Source: Octopus bimaculoides (lineage: Eukaryota). From it: DNA of 64,000 nucleotides. A program made the position numbers and the translations under genes. Each line of letters starts with the position of its first letter. The stretch's first letter is position 1. The stretch covers positions 3,987,480 through 4,051,479 of the forward strand of contig NC_068983.1 in NCBI RefSeq assembly GCF_001194135.2, in the 5' to 3' direction. Below the pieces are notes generated by a model. The model did no database searches and was not told the origin of the DNA. It saw only the letters and a program-made list of their open reading frames with translations. Positions 54,192 through 64,000 of the stretch are shown one piece after another.

Positions 54192-54607
54192 TATATAAGG
54201 AGAGAGAGAGAAACAGAGATGGATAAACAGACAGATAATTGATAATTTTTGTTCTATCAACAGTTCTTGTAATTCTTCCAACGTTCCGTATTCTTTGCTA
54301 ATCGTCCTACAGGTGTTGTGTTTGTTGTCGTTACTGTCACCTGTTATTTAGTTAGTCGTCGACTCTCCTCCAGGTAGATAGATAGGCAGATAGATACCTG
54401 TCCATGTCACTCAGGCAAGCAGCTCAACCGCACAAACGTCTTCTGTCGGCCAGTCCCTGCAGTATATATAGCGCTCATTCCGGGCTAAGCTACACACGTG
54501 TGTAAAGGAAGGTTCTGAGACGCTCTGGCAACGCTTCCAGGAGTGTAGTGTGTGTGTGTGTGTATGTGTGTGTGTGTATTTGTGTGTCTTTTTGTGTGTG
54601 TGTAAAA

Positions 54608-54663
<56 letters not shown>

Positions 54664-54959
54664 CTCACACATAACACGCACGTACTATGTTCGCTGTGTT
54701 GTAAATACACGTTTATGCACGCGCGCACACACAAACACACACACATGTAATGGATTATAAGTACTAGTAAATATTTATGCGTATATATATATATACATAC
54801 ACATACATATATACATGTGTGTGTGCGTGCGTGCGTGTATATGTGTATATATAATAATAATAATAATAATAACAATAATAAAAAGTGACAACAAAAGAAC
54901 GAGAGCTCGATATTAGATAAATAGAGGATTATTTATAGACGCACAGAATCTAATGACAT

Positions 54960-55345
54960 TCTTTTATTCTTTTATTCGTTTCCGTCATTTGACTGCGGCC
55001 AAGCTGGAGCACCGCCTTTAGCCGAACAACTCGACCCCAGGACTTATTCTTTGTAAGCCTAGTACTTATTCTGTCGGTCTGTTTTGCCGAACAGCCAAGT
55101 TATGGGTACGCAAATACACCAACATCGGTTGTCAAGAGATGTTGGGGTGGGTGAGGCAAACACAGACACACAAACATACACACACACACACACGCATATT
55201 TATGCATATATACGATGGGCTTCTTTCAGTTTCCGTCTACCAAATCCACTCACAAGGCTTTGGTCGGCCCGAGGCTATAGTAGAAGACACTTGGCCACGG
55301 TGCTACGCAGTGGGACTGAACCCGGAACCATGTGGTTGGTAAGCA
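54960..55345 (-). mobile_element. SINE family A, near full-length
   Basis: Reverse complement of the consensus. An oppositely oriented partial copy lies at about 55865-56110. Confidence 0.85.
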
Positions 55346-55521
55346 ATATATATATACATGTATGTATGTGGATGTGTTTTGTGGTTCTATGTACGTATCT
55401 ACTTACGCATGTCCGCTCGTATATACGTATGGATGAATGTATGCGCGCGTGTGTGTGTGTGTGTATGTATCTCTGTGTGTATGTATATATGTATGTGTAA
55501 GTCATCATCTTATATCGCTAA

Positions 55522-55562
<41 letters not shown>

Positions 55563-57374
55563 CAAAAGACTCGTTGGAGAGTATGAATGGGAAAATAAGT
55601 TGTGCCAGTTCCCGCAAGTGGGAATTTACTCTGAGTGTCCGTCATTACTCGTTGAGTACTACAGTTTGTTTGTAGTACATGCGCGTTGGCGCACACATAC
55701 ATACGTGCAACTCTACACGTGCCTCTACGCATGTATGTATGTATGTATGTATGTATGTATGTATGTATGTATATGTGTGTGTATGTATGTATGTAAGTGT
55801 GTGTGTATACGTACGAGTGTGTGAGTGGATGTATGCATCGATGCATGCATATGTGTACGTATGTATGGAAACTGAAAGAAGCAAGTCGTATATATATATG
55901 TATGTGTGTGTGTGTCTGTGTTTCTCCCTCCACCATCGCTTGACAACCGATGCTGGTGTGGTTACGTCGCCGTAACTTGGCGGTTCGGCATGATTGACCG
56001 ATAGAAGAAGTACTAGGCTTACAAAGAATAAGTCCTGGGTTCGATTTACTCGACTAAAGGCGGTGCTCCAGCATGGCCGCAGTCAAATGACTGCAACAAA
56101 TAAAAGAAAACGAAAAAGAATATATATATATATATATATATATGTACATCTCTCTCTCTCTCTCTANNNNNNNNNNNNNNNNNNNNNNNNNNNNNNNNNN
56201 NNNNNNNNNNNNNNNNNNNNNNNNNNNNNNNNNNNNNNNNNNNNNNNNNNNNNNNNNNNNNNNNNNNNNNNNNNNNNNNNNNNNNNNNNNNNNNNNNNNN
56301 NNNNNNNNNNNNNNNNNNNNNNNNNNNNNNNNNNNNNNNNNNNNNNNNNNNNNNNNNNNNNNNNNNNNNNNNNNNNNNNNNNNNNNNNNNNNNNNNNNNN
56401 NNNNNNNNNNNNNNNNNNNNNNNNNNNNNNNNNNNNNNNNNNNNNNNNNNNNNNNNNNNNNNNNNNNNNNNNNNNNNNNNNNNNNNNNNNNNNNNNNNNN
56501 NNNNNNNNNNNNNNNNNNNNNNNNNNNNNNNNNNNNNNNNNNNNNNNNNNNNNNNNNNNNNNNNNNNNNNNNNNNNNNNNNNNNNNNNNNNNNNNNNNNN
56601 NNNNNNNNNNNNNNNNNNNNNNNNNNNNNNNNNNNNNNNNNNNNNNNNNNNNNNNNNNNNNNNNNNNNNNNNNNNNNNNNNNNNNNNNNNNNNNNNNNNN
56701 NNNNNNNNNNNNNNNNNNNNNNNNNNNNNNNNNNNNNNNNNNNNNNNNNNNNNNNNNNNNNNNNNNNNNNNNNNNNNNNNNNNNNNNNNNNNNNNNNNNN
56801 NNNNNNNNNNNNNNNNNNNNNNNNNNNNNNNNNNNNNNNNNNNNNNNNNNNNNNNNNNNNNNNNNNNNNNNNNNNNNNNNNNNNNNNNNNNNNNNNNNNN
56901 NNNNNNNNNNNNNNNNNNNNNNNNNNNNNNNNNNNNNNNNNNNNNNNNNNNNNNNNNNNNNNNNNNNNNNNNNNNNNNNNNNNNNNNNNNNNNNNNNNNN
57001 NNNNNNNNNNNNNNNNNNNNNNNNNNNNNNNNNNNNNNNNNNNNNNNNNNNNNNNNNNNNNNNNNNNNNNNNNNNNNNNNNNNNNNNNNNNNNNNNNNNN
57101 NNNNNNNNNNNNNNNNNNNNNNGAGTTCAAATTCCGCCGAGGTCAACTTTGCCTTTCCTCCTTTCGGGGTCGATAAATTAAGTACCAGTTGGGTCAATCT
57201 AATCGACTGGCTCCTTCCCCCAGAATTTCGGGCCTTGTGCCTAGAGTAGAAAAGATTATTTTTATTTTATTGTATTGTTTTAATCAAAAGACAATTCTCT
57301 GTTCGAAGTTGATAGTGGGGTGAGGGATGGACAGAGGAAGAAACATGAGATAAGAGGAGGAGGAAAGAAAGATA

Positions 57375-57423
<49 letters not shown>

Positions 57424-57963
57424 AAGGTGTTTGTGTGAGAGAATGAGTTTATAAAGAAGTTAGGAGGTAGAAGTTAGAAGAAGAAAACGAGTAGAATGAA
57501 AAGAAGAAGAGAGCAAGGAGAAGCGAATGAAAAATAAGAGAATGAAAGAAGTTAGAAGAACAAGGGGGAGAGGAGGAGGAGGAGGGGGAGAAAAAAGGTG
57601 AAGGAAAAACAAGAATGAAAACGAAGAAAGCGAAGAAGAAAGTAGAAGAAATAGCGAAAGAAGGAAAGAAAGTTGTTGAAGAAGCAAAGAAATGCTTTTC
57701 TCGTAATTCTTGTCGAAATCGTGAATCGTTTGGAATGAATGAATGAAAGAAAGAAAGGAAAGAGAAAAGAAAGAAAAGAAAACAGTTGCCGAGATGCAGA
57801 CAACAACTGTTCCTGCTGCTGCTGCCGCTACTACTACTACTACTACTATCACCACTACCAGCAGCAGTAGTAGTAGTAGTAGTTGTAGCTACTACAAATA
57901 CTATGAGAAATACAGTTCAGAAGTTTATTGTATGGAGGCGGGGTGTGAGGGGTGGAGTGGGGG

Positions 57964-58007
<44 letters not shown>

Positions 58008-58876
58008 AAGAGAAAGAGAGAGGTTAGAGGTGAAAGGAAGAATGTCGGAGAGGGTAGCGGGGAGAGGAGGAACTTTAAAGAAAAGAAGAGAGAGAAAGAG
58101 AGAGAGCGAGTGGTAGGCGGATTTGGTAGCTGTAACTTACGTATGTAGAAGATAAACACACACACACACACTCATATATCTCCTCTCTCTATATATGTAT
58201 ATATATACATGTATACACATGTATATNNNNNNNNNNNNNNNNNNNNNNNNNNNNNNNNNNNNNNNNNNNNNNNNNNNNNNNNNNNNNNNNNNNNNNNNNN
58301 NNNNNNNNNNNNNNNNNNNNNNNNNNNNNNNNNNNNNNNNNNNNNNNNNNNNNNNNNNNNNNNNNNNNNNNNNNNNNNNNNNNNNNNNNNNNNNNNNNNN
58401 NNNNNNNNNNNNNNNNNNNNNNNNNNNNNNNNNNNNNNNNNNNNNNNNNNNNNNNNNNNNNNNNNNNNNNNNNNNNNNNNNNNNNNNNNNNNNNNNNNNN
58501 NNNNNNNNNNNNNNNNNNNNNNNNNNNNNNNNNNNNNNNNNNNNNNNNNNNNNNNNNNNNNNNNNNNNNNNNNNNNNNNNNNNNNNNNNNNNNNNNNNNN
58601 NNNNNNNNNNNNNNNNNNNNNNNNNNNNNNNNNNNNNNNNNNNNNNNNNNNNNNNNNNNNNNNNNNNNNNNNNNNNNNNNNNNNNNNNNNNNNNNNNNNN
58701 NNNNNNNNNNNNNNNNNNNNNNNNNGACTGAGGTCGGGTGGATGTCGGAGTTATTTTGGCGGGGTGGTGATTGTGTATGCGATGGAGGCGTTGCCATTGG
58801 TTGGTCGCTGGGCCGCCTACGTACCCGTGCTGGCAAGTACGAAATACAATAGGCTGTGGAAGGGGATGGGGTGCAT

Positions 58877-58924
<48 letters not shown>

Positions 58925-59205
58925 ATGCATATTTTCACACATTTTTTTTACATAGATTGCATTTACACAAATTTACTATACATTCACACAGTTTTACTAC
59001 ATACACGATGTACATTCACCCTCATTGAAAAGACACACACACACACACACACACGTTCACACATGCCTATACATTCACATAGTTACCCTCCGTACGTACA
59101 CACTTACACACATATGTACGCAAACACACAAACACACAAAATGTGAATTTCTGAATTTAAATACGTAAGCTATAAATGTACACACTCATACATGCATACA
59201 GATAA

Positions 59206-59250
<45 letters not shown>

Positions 59251-60019
59251 NNNNNNNNNNNNNNNNNNNNNNNNNNNNNNNNNNNNNNNNNNNNNNNNNN
59301 NNNNNNNNNNNNNNNNNNNNNNNNNNNNNNNNNNNNNNNNNNNNNNNNNNNNNNNNNNNNNNNNNNNNNNNNNNNNNNNNNNNNNNNNNNNNNNNNNNNN
59401 NNNNNNNNNNNNNNNNNNNNNNNNNNNNNNNNNNNNNNNNNNNNNNNNNNNNNNNNNNNNNNNNNNNNNNNNNNNNNNNNNNNNNNNNNNNNNNNNNNNN
59501 NNNNNNNNNNNNNNNNNNNNNNNNNNNNNNNNNNNNNNNNNNNNNNNNNNNNNNNNNNNNNNNNNNNNNNNNNNNNNNNNNNNNNNNNNNNNNNNNNNNN
59601 NNNNNNNNNNNNNNNNNNNNNNNNNNNNNNNNNNNNNNNNNNNNNNNNNNNNNNNNNNNNNNNNNNNNNNNNNNNNNNNNNNNNNNNNNNNNNNNNNNNN
59701 NNNNNNNNNNNNNNNNNNNNNNNNNNNNNNNNNNNNNNNNNNNNNNNNNNNNNNNNNNNNNNNNNNNNNNNNNNNNNNNNNNNNNNNNNNNNNNNNNNNN
59801 NNNNNNNNNNNNNNNNNNNNNNNNNNNNNNNNNNNNNNNNNNNNNNNNNNNNNNNNNNNNNNNNNNNNNNNNNNNNNATATATATATATATACACTCTTT
59901 TCCTCTTTTACTTGTTTCAGTCATTTGACTGTGGCCATGCTGGAGCACCTCCTTTAGTTGAGCAAATCGACCCCAGGACTTATTCTTTGTAAGCCTAGTA
60001 CTTATTCTATCGGTCTATT

Positions 60020-61900
60020 TTGCCGGTCTTTGTTACCGACCGCTTGAAATTGTGAAGAACCTATACTGTTCCTGTCTATTGGTCTACAGAAAGCTGTTTC
60101 TAGAAACGATCTGGATGACCCCGATGCAGTTGGCCCATGTCAACATTGGTTCATTCGGGAGAGCCAGTCGGCAGTTGTGAGAAAGTTAAAAATGTTTGGG
60201 CTGATTTGCGAAACTTTCGCGATCCATCTCTTACAAGCCAGCTTACGGAGTCCTTGCACGCATCCACGATGCCGTTCCACTCACCCTCTAGCACTAAAGA
60301 GCGAGACTTTGCTAGGAAGGTCTCCAGGCACCTGTTGGGTGCACAGATGGCCACCCATCTGAAGGTACGGCCTTTACTGCTGGTGCTATCCAGGAAGATT
60401 GTCTGTTTCGCAACCATTTTCAAAACAACACAGTAATTCAACCTACCCTATTTGGAAGCCTTAATATTGGGTGTCCTTTGTAGCCACCAAAGATAGGCAT
60501 AAAGGCTCGTGCCCCGGAAACTCTGGTCTCGCTGATGACCACCACATCTACATCTAATAATCTGAGGTCGTAGAGTAGGTGACTTTGCTTCCAAGGTTTC
60601 CCCAGTTCAAGTGCATTGAAATTACTTCTGAATCAAACCATATTCGATAAGAAGGAGCGTAGTGAGTAGTACCACGTCCTTTATTCCTTCCAGCAAGTTA
60701 TGGGTGTTTAATTAGAGTGGAATCAGAAGTAGTTTTTTAAATATTATTTTGTTCATGTTCCTCAGAAATCTCTCATTTCCTCGGGATATTTTGTCTTCGA
60801 TTTGTTGTATATTTATTGATTTGGTTTTAGAATTTGAATGTGAGTTTAACTTGTTATGTGATGGTGATATACAGTCATTGTGTGTAATGTTTGTATGGTG
60901 ATTTATATAATATATTCCGTTATTTCTTTATTATTTCTTTATTATTTGGAATTACTGAAGGACTTGTTGCTTTTAATTCTCTCCGACAGCTTGTTGTACC
61001 AGGTGAATTATTTTCCATTCTCTTCTTACGAGGACAGTTCTCCACTCTTTTTTCTTATCGCCGTCATCGTATGATATCTCCGAGAGATCTGAAGTGGGTT
61101 ACCTGTCATCGAATGATATCTCCGAGAGATCTGAAGTGGGTTACCTGTCCTGTGGTGCTATGCTGGTGTTGGGGGAGAGGGTTCTGTTGTTCATGTTACA
61201 GTCTTGGTAGGAGTTGTTTGTTTTGGTGTAGCTGATGTTCTTGTCACTGATGTTGCTGCTGCTGTATATGGAACGTCTGCTGCTGATATTGATGTGTCTG
61301 TGGCTGTCACTGCCCGCAGTTTGTGGCTGTGGGCACCGTATTTGAAACGCTGGCAAAAGTGAGGGCCTTGTTGCCTTCTGGATTCACTACAGATAGAAAG
61401 CCTTCAAGTGCGTCACAGTTCCACACATTACATTTTGTCTTTCTCTCCTCCACTGTCACAAACAGGTGGGTGCCATCCGAGAGATCAATCAGGTCAGGTA
61501 TATCTTCGATATTTTCTAGCTTCGTTTGTAGAAACAGTTCTCCACCTATTACTGGGCAGTTTTGTTTTGACATCTTGTTAACCGCCTGCGTTGTGGAAAC
61601 CTCCATAATGGCAAAAACAGCACCACCAACCAGAAGATCATTATTTCTAGCGGCACGTTTATAACTCTCACTTTTGCTAGGCGCTGGTCGCATAGATTGG
61701 GATTATGCAGTGCTCTTCATTTCTCACTGTTGTTGTAGAATGGAATTTTGTCTCTGCTTCTGTTTGGAAACTAATTTTTGATCTTGCCGTATTTTTTTCG
61801 TCGAACTAAGTGGGTCTTGTGATCCTACACAGGTTCAAGGTACTTTTGTATTTGGACCTCGTTTGCACTTTCCTCTCGACATGTTTTTGCTCCAATGCAG
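60020..61900 (-). mobile_element. Degenerate Tx1/L1-clade LINE 5' portion (ORF1 plus APE endonuclease)
   Basis: Endonuclease motifs: WKQSHLLYDLRLLDVDVVVISETR; GRTFRWVAICAPN; RSLVLEGEWNGIVD (GDWN-like); GSSRSFLETAFCR (SYLDR-like). ORF1-like LENIEDIPDLIDLSDGTHLFVTVEERKTKC lies at about 61400-61550. Truncated by a SINE near 60020. Confidence 0.8.
61063..61149. repeat. 42-bp tandem duplication
   Basis: GTCATCG(T/A)ATGATATCTCCGAGAGATCTGAAGTGGGTTACCT occurs twice with 1 mismatch, inside the Tx1-like relic. Confidence 0.9.
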
Positions 61901-62207
61901 CGGTTTATGACTTCACGTCCTTATGCATTTCTTAACCACGTCGGTCGTTTGGTTTAGGGCTAGGGTTATGGTTAGGGTTAGGCTTATCTCTTGTCCGTTT
62001 TCCTTCCCGATCTCCCTGGCCAGTTTTAAATCTTCTTGGTTGAAGTGGAAGTTCTGGGAACTTTTTGCACCACTTGCAAAGGAAATACGTGGGCGGATTG
62101 ATAAACACACAGATATCTGGATAAATAGAGAAACAGGCAGATAGATAAATGGATAGAGTGATGGATGGCAGTATGTATGCATATGTGTATATATGCACGT
62201 ATGCGTA

Positions 62208-62254
<47 letters not shown>

Positions 62255-62270
62255 CATCTACATACATACA

Positions 62271-62306
<36 letters not shown>

Positions 62307-62506
62307 TATACATATTTGTCTTGGACTTTCCTCTGTCTCGTGTTTCTGCTCGAAATGTAAAACAACTTTTCTTTCCTTCCCTGAGCGTCTGCTAATACTT
62401 TGTATGTACCACGTCCTCGCGTTGTTGCTTTTTCTTTTGTTTGTTCTTAGTTTTTATTTGGAGGGGGGGGGTTAACAATATATATATATATATATATATA
62501 TATGAT

Positions 62507-62544
<38 letters not shown>

Positions 62545-62645
62545 AAGAATGAGAGGGAGATATCTATCTATCTGTTTATCTATCTATTTCTATGTCTGTC
62601 TGTCTGTCTATCTATCTATCTAGATATCTAGATATATATATATAG

Positions 62646-62744
<99 letters not shown>

Positions 62745-63404
62745 GAGAAAGATGTTGTGTGCTGATTTTCTCGGTGTGAAGTAATGAAAAGTAATGAATG
62801 ATGTTTACTGAGAGACAGATAAAAGGTTCAGAGAAGTCGAGACAGAGATGGAGAGAGAGCGAAGAAGAGAGCGGGGAGAGAAGAGAGAGAGAGGGGGGAA
62901 GAGTGTAAGCATGAGTGGGAGTAGGCAGGTGGTAATTAGAAAAAAAAGAAGAACGGTGAAAATGGGACAAGAGGAGGGAACAAACAAAACCGCAAAGTGA
63001 AATGCTGTGATTTGGGATGAATGAGAGCGAGACGAGATTTGTGTGAAATACAGGTAAAACGGGTAGGGTGGGGGGTATAGTGATGTTTTGTTGTTATTGT
63101 GGTTTTACGAGAGATCAGTTCTAATGGAGCAGATCTATTATGAAAGGCACTCCAAACACGACCCTCCGGTGATTTTGTGTATCAGGAACTACTTCGTTGT
63201 TTGAGCTGTCCTTCTTTAATAAGAAGGCGGCTGTGATTTAGCTACCATTTCTAGTAGATTCTGCGACCACGTATAAACTTCCACGTGGGTGAGATGTTTC
63301 AGTTTTTAATTTTATTTTTATTTCTTTATTCCTTTATCATTCAGGGTTTCTTTCTCACTCTCTCACATACTCTTTCATTTTGTGCACATACACCCACCCA
63401 CCAG

Positions 63405-63533
<129 letters not shown>

Positions 63534-64000
63534 TGCATGTATTTATATTCAGGTAATGGTGTCAATAAGACCCAAAGGTGTCAGGTAATGCTGAGCAAGT
63601 GCTATGGACAGACTATAGTTAAGTTCCAGGTTTGGAGATTATGCCAATGAGGAGTTCAACGTAAGTCATATATCAACATGCTTATACATAAGAAATTAAA
63701 AGAATGAGATAAAAATCCAAGGCTGTGAAATATTTCAGAACATTTATAAAGAGAAGGTCTTACAGCTGTTTCCGGGATATTTTCTATATCCCTTTGTCGG
63801 AGACGGTGTGAGAAAATTTGGGGGGGAAGCAATGAAGTTAGGAAGACTGATTACACGACCAAGCAACTTTGGAGCAACCTCTCTCCCATTCTATCAGCTA
63901 TAGTGTTCATCAAGGTTCTGTAAAAGGCACGACCGGTCTTGATTATTGGGACCGCCTTAAAACATTGAATCCCTCTTCTCTCCATCGCTGTTCATTTGCA

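Noticed and set aside
61950-61990. Degenerate TTAGGG-like run
   Set aside because: Only a few imperfect units near the 5' end of the LINE relic; no evidence of a telomere.
63553-63666. Plus-strand segment bounded by AG and GTAAGT
   Set aside because: All three frames contain stops and nothing else supports an exon.

Overview
Repeat-dense, AT-rich eukaryotic DNA from a gapped draft assembly (about 12 N-runs). The SINE families, microsatellite load and LINE relics look like a coleoid cephalopod, probably Octopus; this is inferred from remembered repeat sequences, not from a database search. Almost all ORFs in the supplied track are microsatellite or N artefacts. The one convincing host-gene segment is a large minus-strand exon (acceptor before 52850, GTAAGT donor after 51663). 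It encodes the N-terminus of a mitochondrial-clan cytochrome P450 with an unusually long Ser/Thr/Asn-rich leader. I could not find its downstream exons in the 51 kb that follow. A 40-codon UQCRQ/QCR8-like fragment (2579-2701, minus) falls below the ORF-track cutoff and is probably a pseudogene. The rest is transposon material: at least four tRNA-like or LINE-tail SINE families, two deleted mariners, hAT-, piggyBac- and Merlin-like MITEs, a Helitron helicase relic, and RTE, CR1/L2, Tx1/L1 and REL-type LINE fragments. I see no solid evidence of a wholly new biological system. The best leads are the P450 leader, the UQCRQ fragment and a telomere-repeat-bearing MITE family with 8-bp target-site duplications.
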